This document shows, piece after piece, positions 13,056 to 27,317 of a stretch of DNA of 64,000 nt. The translations under genes were made by a program, and so were the position numbers. The DNA is from Eledone cirrhosa (Eukaryota): contig OZ024756.1 of assembly GCA_964016885.1 (NCBI GenBank), positions 23,188,001 to 23,252,000 of the forward strand, written 5' to 3'. The notes beneath the pieces are model-generated. The model was not told the DNA's origin. It was given only the letters and a program-made list of their open reading frames with translations, and did not search any database. Numbering within the stretch: position 1 is the first letter of the stretch; the number at the start of each line of letters is the position of its first letter.

Positions 13056-13928
13056 GAAAGAAAGCAAGAAATGAAGAAAGCAAGAAATGAAGAAAGCAAG
13101 AAATGAAGAAAGCAAGAAATGAAGAAAGCAAGAAATGAAGAAAGCAAGAAAACAAGAAATGAAGAAAGCAAGAAATGAAGAAAGCAAGAAATGAAGAAAG
13201 CAAGAAATGGAGAAAGCAAGAAATGGAGAAAGCAAGAAAGCAAGAAAGCAAGAAAGCAAGAAAGCAAGAAATGAAGAAAGCAAGAAAACAAGAAAACAAG
13301 AAAGCAAGAAAGCAAGAAATGAAGAAAGCAAGAAAGCAAGAAAACAAGAAAGCAAGAAAGCAAGAAATGAAGAAAGCAAGAAAGCAAGAAAACAAGAAAA
13401 CAAGAAAGCAAGAAAGCAAGAAATGAAGAAAGCAAGAAAGCAAGAAAGCAAGAAAACAAGAAAACAAGAAAGCAAGAAAGCAAGAAAACAAGAAAGCAAG
13501 AAAGCAAGAAAGCAAGAAAGCAAGAAAGCAAGAAATGAAGAAAGCAAGAAAGCAAGAAAGCAAGAAAGCAAGAAAACAAGAAAACAAGAAAGCAAGAAAG
13601 CAAGGAAACAAGAAAACAAGAAAACAAGAAAACAAGAAAGCAAGAAAGCAAGAAATGAAGAAAGCAAGAAATGAAGAAAGCAAGAAAGCAAGAAAGCAAG
13701 AAAGCAAGAAAACAAGAAATGAAGAAAGCAAGAAAGCAAGAAAGCAAGAAAGCAAGAAAACAAGAAAGCAAGAAAGCAAGAAAGCAAGAAAACAAGAAAA
13801 CAAGAAAACAAGAAAACAAGAAAGCAAGAAAGCAAGAAAACAAGAAAACAAGAAAGCAAGAAAGCAAGAAAACAAGAAAGCAAGAAAGCAAGAAAACAAG
13901 AAAGCAAGAAAGCAAGAAAGCAAGAAAG
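13056..13928. repeat. 8-bp satellite AAAGCAAG with AAATGAAG and AAAACAAG variants
   Basis: Strict 8-bp period, ~109 units. Confidence 0.97.
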
Positions 13929-13936
13929 AAAGAGAA

Positions 13937-14900
13937 AGGCTTTGAAAACTGTTTCCTCCTTCGCCTGTCTTAGATCCATTGTATCCAATGATGCCAGGAT
14001 AAGCAAAGAAATAGAGTGCAGGATTTGGGAAGGTTAGCTCTGCCTCAGTAGACTTTACCACAGGCTTCGGAACGCACACGATGTCTCATTAAAGGTGACA
14101 ATTGATGTGTACAGGTGGGTAGTACTGACATCTCTACTCTATGGTGCTGAATCATGGACTCTGTACTGAAATCACATCATTCAGCTTAATGCTTTTCACA
14201 TGCGATACTTGCGTACCATCTGCACCATAAAACTAACCGAACACATTAAAAGCAGTGAGGTTCTGACTAAATGCCAGATATCAGACATTGAAGCTATTCT
14301 CATAAAAGTCCAGCTCAAGTGGGTGGGGCATCATTTCTTGTATGAGTTACGCCCCTTTACGATCTGAGTTCAAATCCGGCCGAGGTTAGCTTTGCCTTTC
14401 ATCCTTACGGGGTCGATAAAATAAAGTACCAGTAATGTACTGGGTAATTGCTGGCCTTGTGCCTAAAATAGAAAAGAAATTATTTCTTGTATGAGTGATA
14501 GCAGTCTTCCTAGGCAGCTGTTTCCGACAGGGAGGTCAATTGGAAGACCACTCTTGCGCTTCAAAGACAAACCCAATCTGAAGCGATGCAACATGCCCTT
14601 CTCTTCGTGGGAGAAGAAACCATCAGAACACACGAGCTGGCGCCAGTGCTGCTACTCATCTATTCAAAAGGTTTTGAGTGGGGCCGACTAGAACATTGTG
14701 ACCAACTACGTGCAAATATCAAGGTGTGCTGGCAACATGCTACTCCTCAAAATGACAACCTTACTTGTCACTGTGGTTTTATCGCAAGGAGCAAAGCACG
14801 CCTTGCAGTCCACTCGAGGCAACTTGTGGTGGGTGATCCGCACACCCTCGGGCAAAATGAGTCTGTGATATTCTCCATCTGTTAAAAGGTGGGACAGTTG
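13937..14900 (+). mobile_element. RTE-clade LINE fragment (RT thumb and C-terminus), degraded
   Basis: Translates to VLTSLLYGAESWTLY*..LNAFHMRYLRTIC..QLKWVGH..MSDSSLPRQL..GRPLLRFKD..CHCGFIARSKARLAVHSR; contains stops and frameshifts. Confidence 0.85.
14348..14481 (+). mobile_element. 5'-truncated SINE S1 inserted in the RTE, with 15-bp TSD
   Basis: ATTTCTTGTATGAGT at 14333-14347 and at 14482-14496. Confidence 0.9.
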
Positions 14901-15015
14901 CAGACCTCGAGAGATATTTTGTTCATAAAATCTAGAAGCACTATTTTTTTTTTCTATTTAAAAAAATAACTTTGCTGAACCCTCATTTGTCTTTCGCGAC
15001 GAGAGAATCCACCAT

Positions 15016-15093
<78 letters not shown>

Positions 15094-15211
15094 CACTATA
15101 TTTGTTTATACCTTTTGTACATATTGTATATAGATTAGTGTCCGGACAAAACAATGTATCGACGTTGAATGTACGTGTTGATTGCGTGCATACATACATA
15201 TAAATATACCT

Positions 15212-15248
<37 letters not shown>

Positions 15249-16694
15249 CACTCACAGAGACACATATGTACTGTACATATATATATATATATACACGCAC
15301 ACACTCATACATACAACCACATGCATATGTGAAAGTCTGATTGTCTGTGTGTATGAGTTAAGAAAGTGTAAATATTTATCTATCCCACGCTATAATGCGA
15401 TGAATAGTGTCCAGTGTTTAACAATTCTTAGATAAATATTTACATGAAACTGATCAGTACTGCCGTCGGTAGAAGAATAGGTACGCAGATTACGTGACAT
15501 TCATGCCTTTCCCAGTATGCACCTAAAGTGGAGCACTAATCAATAGGATTAAAGCGTTTTATAACACATTTCAATGTGTTACTATGTCATTTATACATAC
15601 ACACATGGAAACATATACATACACACATACATGCTCACGCAAACTCATACATACACGCACGCAAACTCACATATACATACGCAAATACAAACCTATATTA
15701 TATATATATATGTATGCGTGTGCGCGTGTGAGGTGGAGTGTGTGTGTTAGGTGTAGTGTGGTGTGTGGTGCTCGTGTGTGTGGTGTGCGTGCGTGCGTGT
15801 GGTGTGCGTGCGTGTGTGTGTGTTGCGTGCGTGTGGTGCGTGCGTGTGGTGCGTGTGATATAAAAGATTTTCTTCGGTATTTTAACGTCTGCTCATATAA
15901 ATTTCGCTTCGCAGTTTATTTATATTTATGTAACCCTATACATATTTAACTAGACTCTATAGTCATCGTAATGTTAACAACTTATCGAGCATGCAAATAT
16001 CGAGCACTCTAAGATATATTTACAAATCGATTAGACGCAACATTGAACGTATTATAAGACTGTATCTAAGTAGTTCTATGCCCTTTCCTTAAGAAAGTAG
16101 ACCATTCAAAGTATGCTAATCACTAACAGTTATTTATATAATATAGTCGTACACTTTTTCAGTGTATATTTTAGGATTAAGCCTATTTGTTCTTCTCCCT
16201 TTGGTTTATATTAAAATGTATATTCGTTACGCCTCTCCCTGGCGTATTTTGTGATCTACCGACGTCTTTGTACAGCGACAGTTTGCATAGTAATGCAGTT
16301 CCTGCTGAACTATGAATGTAAAACTTACCGCCCAAACGTCCAAAATATTATATTAGACATTTTGTATAAAATTTTAATGTCTGCTTGTATGAATTGTATT
16401 GTATCTCAATATATTTAAATGTATAAATTTATATTTACATGTGTGTATGTAGAGAGAGGGGGGGAAAGAGAGGGAGAAAGAGAGAGGGGGGAGAAAGAGA
16501 GAGGGGAGAGAGAGGGAGAGAGAGGGGGAGAGAGAGTGTGGGAGAAAGAGAGAGGGAGAGAGGGGGAGAGAGAGAGAGGGAGAAAGAGAGAGGGGGAGAG
16601 AGAGAGGTTTACAAAGTTAGCTATGGGAGATATATCCCCTATATATATAAAGCGTGAAACTAATAAGACTTTTTGTACCTCTATTGTCTCCATG

Positions 16695-16762
<68 letters not shown>

Positions 16763-16853
16763 TATGTAAAAGTTCTATTTAAATTGTTGGGATACAACAA
16801 GCAAATATTTTTATAACTGATATAATATATTATAACTGATATAATCTATATTA

Positions 16854-16918
16854 TATTTTATCTGATGAAAGCACACCATAATTTAACTTGGTGTCCTTGA
16901 AATATGTATAATGAAATA
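16854..16918 (+). ncRNA. Type-I minimal hammerhead ribozyme (family C; element ~16768-16958)
   Basis: TATTTTAT CTGATGA(16862) AAGCACACCA/TGGTGTCCTT (9 of 10 bp) GAAA(16899) TATGTA TA^ ATGAAATA; TA flanks. Confidence 0.82.
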
Positions 16919-17128
16919 AATATGCTTTTATAAATATAGTTTCCATTTGTTAATATCGTATATATATATATATATATATATATTGATTATATATACGGCT
17001 CCTTAATTGTAGAGCTAACTCGGTTGAAAAGACTCGGTTGCTATTTCTAGCTGTCGATAATCCTATTCACGCCACTGGGATGTATGTATTTTTTTTTTTT
17101 AAATGCAACACGGGTAGTTGAATCTTTT

Positions 17129-17216
17129 CCTTTGCTGACGATACGGGTTTTGACTTCTGTGATTTACCGATTGATGGTGAAATATATTTCTTTATTTAAT
17201 GAAATATATACAAAGG
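17129..17216 (+). ncRNA. Hammerhead-like motif (family E)
   Basis: CCTTTG CTGACGA(17135) [59 nt, stem II poorly closed] GAAA(17201) TATA TA^ CAAAGG; perfect 6-bp stem I. Confidence 0.5.
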
Positions 17217-17345
17217 CGATTAATCATTTTAAAAGGTATCTATATTTGAAGTTCTAGTTAAACTTTAATTAGTTACCTACCTAGCTGTGTGTGATTACAC
17301 TCTTTACAAATTATCCCCTGTGATCGTTTCATAATAAACATATGA

Positions 17346-17382
<37 letters not shown>

Positions 17383-17657
17383 GAAAATTAGAGTTAAAAC
17401 TCAATTGGAACCCTGTAACTATTAAGCTCAAAGTATAAATACTGAGCCGATTAATAATATATAGTAAGAATAATCTGTCCGAGAGATATAATGGTTATTG
17501 AGGCGGTTTGTATATTTTATCATTCTGTCTGCTACTTGGTTAAATATTTCAAACAAATGTGGTTTTTCAACCCTTGTAATTTTAGACACACGGTTTACTG
17601 TGTTTCTTACTATATATTATTATATATATATATATATACTGTTTCATATGTTTATTA

Positions 17658-17689
<32 letters not shown>

Positions 17690-17889
17690 AAAAATATGAA
17701 ACAATCACAGGGGATAATTTGTAAAGAGTGTAATCACACACAGCTAGGTAGGTAACTAATTAAAGTTTAACTAGAACTTCAAATATAGATACCTTTTAAA
17801 ATGATTAATCGCCTTTGTATATATTTCATTAAATAAAGAAATATATTTCACCATCAATCGGTAAATCACAGAAGTCAAAACTCGTATCA
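17140..17889. repeat. Inverted pair of family E elements (17140-17332 + and 17696-17889 -)
   Basis: ~190 bp near-identical reverse-complement arms separated by TA tracts and another element fragment. Confidence 0.85.
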
Positions 17890-18331
17890 TATGTTTATTG
17901 TGTGTGTGTGTGCGTGTGCGTGTGCGTGTGCGTGTGTGTATATATAGTGGAAAATGAAAGAAATTCCTTGGTACAGTAAGATATATTTGAAGAAAGAGGA
18001 AAATTACTTCACTGGTAGTAGGTCATTATTGATGCTAGTACTTAATGTATGTGAACTATTAAAGAACACTAACCACCATTAAAGTCATTCCTATGTTTTC
18101 AAATAAATATATATACATACATACATGTATATATCTAAGTACATTTATATATACAGAGAGAGATATTACACTGTTAGGCTAAAACACGTATTCGTTGCAG
18201 CAGATGTTATCTATATATATGCTTCATTGTGCTGAAAATTATTTTCCAATACTTCACTTTGTATATACGTGGGTACGTAAGAGAGAGAGATATATATATA
18301 GAGAGAGAGGCAGGCAGAGCGATGTATGTAC

Positions 18332-18387
<56 letters not shown>

Positions 18388-18846
18388 GTATATACATGTA
18401 CGTGTGTATGTATGTATATATGTAAGTATGTACGTACGTAGGAATGTATGTATGTATGTACGTACGAATGCATGTATTTGTATGTATGTATGTATGTATG
18501 TATGTATGTATGTATGTACGAATGTATGTAAGTACATATATATATATATGTACGTATGCGCGAATGTATGTATGTACAAATGTATGTATGTACGTATATA
18601 TATCTATGTACGGATATATCTATGTACAAATGTATGTATGTACGTATATATATATCTAAGTACGGATATATCTATGTACAAATGTATGTATGTACGTATA
18701 TATATATCTATGTACGGATATATCTATGTACAAATGTATGTATGTACGTATATATATATCTATGTACGGATATATCTATGTACGAATGTAAGTACAAATG
18801 TACGGATATATGTATGTACGTGTATATATATATATATATATGTATA

Positions 18847-18896
<50 letters not shown>

Positions 18897-20000
18897 TGCA
18901 TGTATGTACGTATGTATACATCCCGTCTTCGCAAGTTAATTTTACAAACATATCTAGACTATCGGAGACTCTTGTACTTTTTAAAGTATTTTACAGTCAG
19001 ACAAATTGCTAGAAGAATTATCGACTACATTTTGGCTATATTCCTAGTTCTCTAGATTCACCAATCTCTCAACATAATGGTTTCTGGTTTAGGCGCTAGG
19101 CCAACAATATTTATTAGAAAGAAATCCGATTAAATTGACATCAGTGCATTACTGGTACTTTATTGGCTAATGTAGCCCTCAATACAGTGTCTGTTTGTGG
19201 AGGGAGTGTATTTGTGTGGATGTGCGCGCGCGTGTGTGCGGATGTGTGTGTGTGTGTGTTATGTTTAATGTGGGCGGAATGACAGTGTAGGGTTTCAAAG
19301 GCCATAGATGACCTGAAACTAAACATGAATAACAAGAAGAAGGCAAAGAAGAAGAAGAAGAAAAAGAAAAAGAAAAAGAAAAAGAAGGCAAAGAAGACAA
19401 ATAAGAAAAAGAAGAAGGCAAAGAAAAAGAAGGCAAAGAAAAAGAAGGCAAAGAAGAAGAAGAAAAAGAAGAAAAAGAAGAAGAAAGATGACCTCACCAT
19501 CACCGCCACATCATCATCAAACAAACAAACAAACAATACAGTAGATCTATTATAGATAGTCCAACCTAAACCTGTCCAATCTCTCGTCAACAAATGACAC
19601 AAAACAATTTAGTTCTATATCATTACAGCTTGCACACAAACCACACCTGCGGCATAATCAAGGAATAACTCGTCAGGTTAAATATTCGCAATAAATCAAA
19701 ATATATCCAACCATAGACCTTTATAAGTATTCACTCGGTATGCTGGTGATAACAGATACATTCCTTTCAAATACACGCTACCCTTTTGAAAAATGAAGGA
19801 CACATTCAGCCAATACTGTCCAAGATCCCACTTGGAGTGCCTTTAATCATACCTTTACTCAATTATTAGAACAGACCCGGGGTTAAACAACAATAACAAC
19901 GACGATGAAACAAAAACACTACAAAAGGAAAGCATATTTTGAGAGATAACTAACAGCAACCCAAAATTCTCTCAGTCGTTGCCTTTATACAGGTGTGTGT

Positions 20001-20036
<36 letters not shown>

Positions 20037-20194
20037 CAATGATATATATATAATAAACCTGGAGTGTTACTACAACTTACTAAATTATACTTTTCACACA
20101 ACTCATACAATCAAAAAGGAATCGTTTAATAAAATCTCAGGCCTCATTCGTTTATTGAGTGGGGTTAATGATCGTCAAATTGGACCGAGGAAAC

Positions 20195-20270
20195 AGTGAG
20201 GGCTGAGAATAGAACTGACCAACTCAAGATTGTGAATCCAATTCTCTAACCACTCAGCCACGCGCCTTCA
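20195..20270 (-). mobile_element. SINE family S2 head fragment
   Basis: CTAACCACTCAGCCACGCGCCT is the reverse complement of a tRNA-like head. Confidence 0.6.
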
Positions 20271-20439
20271 GGCAATTATAAACTCATGCATATATAAAGT
20301 AGCGACATCCTCAGTATTCTTATTATCACAATACACTGTTCTCTCTCTGTGTCTGTGTCTGTGTGTGTGTGATATGTGTGTGATATGTGTGGGGGGACTG
20401 ATATGTAGGGAGAGTGATATGGGGGGGGGTGATGTGTGA

Positions 20440-20895
20440 TGTGTGTGTTTCTTGGCCTCCGTCTATCTCACGTGAGAACGGATATGCACCTGGAAACTTC
20501 TCCAAATTTCGGGCTCGTGGCCTAGGAAGGGGTTTACGTGTTTCTGTTTGTGTCAAATCAGCCGTTCCTCGTGCAAGCAAGTCACCCCTCTTCTCCTTGA
20601 CATTGATGTTGTCCAAGAGAAATACAAAGCCTGATACAGCTTGGCACCTCTGTCGTAGAGGTGTTGCTGTCAGAACGCAAACAATCGGAGCATATACTAC
20701 AACATTTATGTTGGACGCTCTACAGATTCCACAGATCTACTCGCACACCCACCTCCACTGTTACTACGTTTGATATGGTCCCGTAACTCCTGGTGGTGTC
20801 GCAGCGGCGCCGTATTGGCATACGGCGTTTCTAGGGGAGTTTAAGCCTGGCGGAGCCCATCCCTCTCCAGGCCTGAGTATAGCAAATTTCTTCCA
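20440..20895 (-). mobile_element. Retroelement 5'UTR-like repeat (probably RTE)
   Basis: 20585-20648 is the reverse complement of the SINE body at 62651-62711; 20795-20890 is the reverse complement of 33344-33443. Confidence 0.5.
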
Positions 20896-20937
20896 GAAAA
20901 GGATAGAAAGTGAGAGAGAGAAAGTGGGGAAAAAGAT

Positions 20938-21095
20938 ATCATCATCATCATCATCATCATCATCTGGTGGCCTCAGCCAAAATTAACTCAACAATTGATC
21001 TCCACGTGGGTCTGTCGTTCATTGCCGTTGCCAAGTCCTGGATTTCAATACCAGAATCTCTGGAGATGATATCGGGGTAGGAGAGCTTGTTATTA
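20938..21095 (-). mobile_element. RTE-type LINE extreme 3' end with (TGA)n tail
   Basis: Reverse complement translates to LSYPDIISRDSGIEIQDLATAMNDRPTWRSIV; followed by (GAT)n. Confidence 0.7.
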
Positions 21096-21355
21096 GTGAC
21101 TGCTTGTGGCTTCCAAAGCACTAATGGGGACACAGCCTCATAGGTGGCACGATGGCAGTGGCCAGCAAATCTTACTCTCCTTTTACGTACAACGACAGAT
21201 ATGCGTGGGAGGCCGGCATATATCTCCCCTCAAAGATGTCGCCAGCTTATGTTCTGAATGCGTTGAAGCAGGCAAGTGTAAATGCCATCAAGGTGCTTTT
21301 GTTGTTTGGATGAAAGCGTCCATGTTTCACTTCCATATAAGATATAGAGGAAGGA

Positions 21356-21515
21356 TCCACCCCAGTACTAGACTGATGCTTTTTTTTTTTTTTATCGACA
21401 CCCGAAATGATGAAAGGTAAACTTGACCTCGGCACGATTTAAACTCAGAGAGTAGAAAGCCGGACCGAATATTACAAAGCACTCGACGTTCTAATGGCCC
21501 TGCCAATTCGTCGCG
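21356..21515 (-). mobile_element. Diverged SINE S1
   Basis: TATCGACACCCGAAATGATGAAAGGTAAACTTGACCTCGG..AACTCAGA. Confidence 0.7.
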
Positions 21516-22623
21516 TGTTACTATATTTATCGACTCAAAACCGCAGAGTTGATCACGTTGTTATTTGGACTCAGACCAGAGAGAAAAAGATTTCCAATGT
21601 TCAAATGATTCTGACAAGAAACTGAGCCACCGAGCCAGTACAATGTAGCTGAAAGGGTGTGGGGTGGGGAGCAGAATCATTAGAGCGTCGAACGACGGCG
21701 ACGACGATAATAACAGCAACGCTAATAATAGCAACGCTAATCACAGCAACAATGACAACAGCAACAACAACGACAACGATGACAACAGCAACAACAACGA
21801 TGACAACAGCAACAACAACAACAACAACGATAACAACGACAACGACAACAGCAACAATACAGTGTAAAGAAGAGGAGACAATTCCGTACCTTAATGTCTA
21901 TTCGTTTAGTATGTCCAGATATGTTGTAATGGCTGACAATACGAGAAGAGTAAATGGGAAGAAGATTGCTGTGTGCTCTTACTTGCGAGAACGTCTTCAT
22001 ATGTGTACTGGGGGAATGAGATTCTCTAGTGTCTATCTTTCGGGATGTCTGTCTGTTTGTGTCTTGTTCTGTGGGACTGAGATTCTCTAGTGTCTGTCTG
22101 TTTGTCTTTCGGGATGTCTGTCCGTTGGTGTGTATGTGTGTGTATGTATTGGAATAAATTCAAGCATGTATGTGTGTATGTATTGGAATGAATGCAGGCA
22201 TGTGTGTATGCGTGTGTATGCATTGGAACGAATGCAGGTATGTGTGTATGTGTGTGTATTGGAATAAGTGACTATGTGTGTATGCGTATGTATGTATTGG
22301 AACGAATACGGGTGTGTGTGTATGTATGTGTGTATGTATGCGTGTATATGCGTGTGTGTGTGTGTGTGCGTGTGTGTGCGTGTGTGTGCGTGTGTGTGTG
22401 CGTATGAATACGTATGCGTACTGAAATTGTTGCAGATATATATGTATATGAATGTATGCGCATGTATATGAAAGCATGTGTGCGTATATGAATGTGTGTG
22501 TGTATCCATGTATGTGCTCAGTGTATGTGTGTGTGAGTATATGTCTGTGTGTACATGGATTTTTGTGAGTTCTCTGCATGTAAACGCCTCTACATATATG
22601 TGGCTGTATGTATGTGTGATTAC

Positions 22624-22683
<60 letters not shown>

Positions 22684-23668
22684 ATTGGGGGCATATATGC
22701 CTATGTATGTGCATCCGCGTATATAAACGCCTGTAGCCTGTATGTGTGTATGTGTGTATGTCAAAGTACACATGTACGTGTGTATGTACGGATGCATGAT
22801 TGTACGTCAATGTATGTGTATGTTTGTATGTAAATATATGTGTACTGTACGTGTATGCATGTACGTATGTATGAGTGTGTATCAATGTATGTATGTATGT
22901 ATGTAAGCATATGTATGCATGCATGTGTATGCATGCATGTGTATGCATGCATGTGTATGCATGTATGTGTATGCATCTATGTGTATACATGTATGTGTAT
23001 GCATCTATGTGTATGCATCTATGTGTATGCATCTATGTGTATGCATGTATGTGTATGCATGTACCAATATATGTAAGTATTTATGTGTATCAATGTATGT
23101 ATGGTTGTGTATATATATGTATGTATGGTTGTGTATATATGTATGTATGGTTATGTATGTATGTCTGTATTTTTGTGTGAGAGTGTGTGTGTGTATGCAT
23201 GTATGGTTGTGTATGTACGTATGAACTTATGTATGTATGTATACATGTATGTATGTATGTATGTACGTATGTATACATGTATGTATGTATGTATACATGT
23301 ATGTATGTATGTACGTATGTATGTATGTATACATGTATGTATGTATGTATGTACGTATGTATGTATGTATGTACGTATGTATGTATGTATGTATGTATGT
23401 ACGTATGTATACATGTATGTATGCATGTACGTATGTATGTATGTATACATGTATGTATGTATGTATGTATGTATGTATGTATGTATGTATGTATGTATGT
23501 ATGTATGTATGTATGTACGTACGTATGTATGTATCAATGTTTGTATGTTCTAAGTTAAATATTAGCAAGACAGAGTTATGTGACCTTCAACCTCTGCCAA
23601 ACCTCAGTTGACACTTTCTAATTGTTAAGTTGCTAAGATCATGACACACGACTCAGAAGTACTTGGTA

Positions 23669-26010
23669 ACTAACAGCAACACCAGCAGCAGCTCCAGCAG
23701 CAACACCAGCAACATTAGTACCACCAACAACACCAACACCAACACTACCACCACCACCAACACCACCAACAACACCACCAACACCATTAACACCACCACC
23801 ATCAACAACAACATTAACAACACCACCAACACCAGCAACATCAGTACCAGCACCAACACCAACACTACCACCACCACCAACACCACCAACACTACCACCA
23901 CCACCAACACCACCAACACCACCACCACCATCAACAACAACATTAACACCACCACCAACACCAGCAACATCAGTACCACCACCACCATTAACACCACCAC
24001 CATCAACAACATTAACACCACCACCAACACCAGCAACATCAGTACCACCACCACCATTAACACCACCACCATCAACAACATTAACACCACCACCAACACC
24101 AGCAACATCAGTACCACCACCACCATTAACACCACCACCATCAACAACATTAACACCACCACCAACACCAGCAACATCAGTACCACCACCACCATTAACA
24201 CCACCACCATCAACAACATTAACACCACCACCAACACCAGCAACATCAGTACTAGCACCACCATTAACACCACCACCATCAACATTACCACCACCAACAC
24301 CACCACCATTAACACCACCACCAACATCATTAACACCACCAACACCACCACCATTAACACCACCACCATCAACAACAACATTAACAACACCACCACCACC
24401 ACCGAAAACATCATTAACACCACCAACACCACCACCAACACCACCACCACCACCAACACCACCACCAACACCACCACCACCATTAACACCACCACCATCA
24501 ACAACAACATTAACAACACAACCACCACCACCGAAAACATCATTAACACCACCAACAACAACACCACCAACACCACCAACACCACCACCACCATTAACAC
24601 CACCACCATCAACAACAACATTAACAACACCACCAACAACAACATTAACACCACCAACAACATTAACAACACCACCACCACCACCACCGAAAACATCATT
24701 AACACCACCACCACCACCAACACTACCATTAACACCACTACCACCACTAACACCAACACCACCAACACTACCAACACCACTACCACCACTAACACCAACA
24801 CCACCAACACTACCAACAACACCACTACCACCACTAACACCAACACCACCAACACTACCAACAACACCACTACCACCACTAACACCAACACCACCAACAC
24901 TACCAACAACACCACTACCACCACTAACACCAACACCAACAACACTACCAACAACACCACTACCACCACTAACACCAACACCACCAACACTACCAACAAC
25001 ACCACTACCACCACTAACACCAACACCACCAACACCATCATTAACACCACTACCACCACTAACACCAACACCACCAACACCACCAACAACACCACTACCA
25101 CCACTAACACCAACACCACCAACACCATCATTAACACCACTACCACCACTAACACCAACACCACCAACACTACCAACAACACCACTACCACCACTAACAC
25201 CAACACCACCAACACCATCATTAACACCACTACCACCACTAACACCAACACCACCAACACTACCAACAACACCACTACCACCACTAACACCAACACCACC
25301 AACACCATCATTAACACCACTACCACCACTAACACCAACACCACCAACACTACCAACAACACCACTACCACCACTAACACCAACACCACCAACACCATCA
25401 TTAACACCACTACCACCCCTAACACCAACACCACCAACACTACCAACAACACCACTACCACCACAACCACCAACACCACCAACACCATCATTAACACCAC
25501 TACCACCACTAACACCAACACCACCAACACTACCAACAACACCACTACCACCACTAACACCAACACCACCAACACCATCATTAACACCACTACCACCACT
25601 AACACCAACACCACCAACACTACCAACAACACCACTACCACCACTAACACCAACACCACCAACACCATCATTAACACCACTACCACCACTAACACCAACA
25701 CCACTACCAACAACACCACTACCACCACTAACACCAACAACACCATCATTAACACCACTACCACCACTAACACCAACACCACCAACACTACCAACAACAC
25801 CACTACCACCACTAACACCAACACCACCAACACTACCAACAACACCACTACCACCACTAACACCAACACCGCCAACACTATCATTAACACCACTACCACC
25901 ACTAACACCAACACCACTACCAACAACACCACTACCACCACTACCATCAACAGCAACAACTATATCACTTTTAGAAAGACTACAACCACTAACCCCAGCA
26001 TAACCCAACA
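23669..26010. repeat. 2.3 kb cryptic trinucleotide (CAC/CAA) array with 57-bp and 78-bp higher-order units
   Basis: Triplet mosaic; open in three frames only because of its composition. Confidence 0.9.
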
Positions 26011-26291
26011 ACACTAATAACTATCATCTTCAGTAGCACTACTACATTGTATATTTGACTTTCATCCTTTCGGGGTCGATAAAAAGAAGTACCAGCCCAG
26101 TGTTGCTGTAACCCTCCTTCCAGCTCTCACATCCTTGATTTTTCATTGGATCAATGGAAAGAGGGCGGGGTCGAGAGACTGTCTGTATCTGCACGCGACC
26201 GCATAGAGATCTAAAACTCTTAGGGAAAGCAATGTACCATGTCATACTCGATTGAAAGTGACGATATCATATATATATATATATATATATA

Positions 26292-26496
26292 GGAACGAGT
26301 AGGACCCCGACGGCTGAGCTCAAGCCGTTTCGACGGCTAATTCTGGACTAAATCGATTTAGTCCAGAATTAGCCGTCGAAACGGCTTGAGCTCAGCCGTC
26401 GGGGTCCTACTCGTTCCTATTACCCACTCTACTACCCTCAGTATTGAGTACTTTGGTGCGTTATGGTCCACCTGGTTCCTTACCACATTTCCTTCG

Positions 26497-26498
<2 letters not shown>
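26292..26498 (+). mobile_element. Family A fold-back element (longest, perfect palindrome)
   Basis: Palindrome 26289-26420 centred on AATCGATT; GAAA(26378) CGGC TTGAGCTCA GCCG TC^(26400) GGGGTC. Confidence 0.85.
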
Positions 26499-26556
<58 letters not shown>

Positions 26557-27133
26557 ACCCACATATATAATATATAAATATTATATACATATATAAAATA
26601 TAAATACATAAGATATATATAAATATTATATACATATATAAAATATATATAAATACATAAGATATATATAAATATTATTATTATATTCATATATATATAT
26701 ATATATATACACACGTATATGCCAGTTCTGTTTTTATTAGTATTGATTTTGGCTTTGTGATTATATTACAGGGAAAAATATTGTTTAACAAAACGCTGTA
26801 TATATTTTTAAACCAGAAATATTAACGGTTCTTTAGTTTATGTGTGAAATGTTCAAAGAGATAAAAACTATCCTATCAAAACGAGGAGGAATAGTTCCAG
26901 GCAATGCCGATATCTTTGTGAAGAGATACTAATCTCTAAATATGATTGTTACTGTTTCAGGTTGGAATGTATATTTGAAGAAGGAAGCTTTGTGCCGAAA
27001 GACAACGAATATTTCTGTTTGTTTTTTAGTTTTATTATTTTTGGTTCTTCCTTAAAAAGCGAAAGATTTATCCGCCCGTAGTGAAAAGAAACCAGAGTTA
27101 TTTTTGCTTCTTCTTCCAGCAATAGTAGACGTA

Positions 27134-27317
27134 CCGTATTTCCCGGCGTCGCAGACGCTACTTTTTCCCTAAAATAACTCTCAAAAATCTACCATGCGTC
27201 CTGGGAGCCGAAGGTTGTTTATTTATTTTGTTTATTTTTTTTTTTTTTCAAATTTTTGGTTGACGAACTTAGGGTGCGTCCTCGAGGACGAAGCGTCTTC
27301 AGCGACGGGAAATACGT
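27134..27317. mobile_element. Tc2/pogo-like MITE
   Basis: TA|CCGTATTTCCCG ... CGGGAAATACGT|TA termini; internal GACGC/GCGTC motifs. Confidence 0.65.

Noticed and set aside
19325-19555. Lys-rich protamine- or histone-H1-like ORF
   Set aside because: It is an (AAG)n-derived microsatellite with no supporting gene structure
26965-27015. Decayed hammerhead-like strings (also ~42225-42265, ~52440-52500 and ~52846-52927)
   Set aside because: Each lacks at least one essential element; they may be remnants but are not counted as ribozymes
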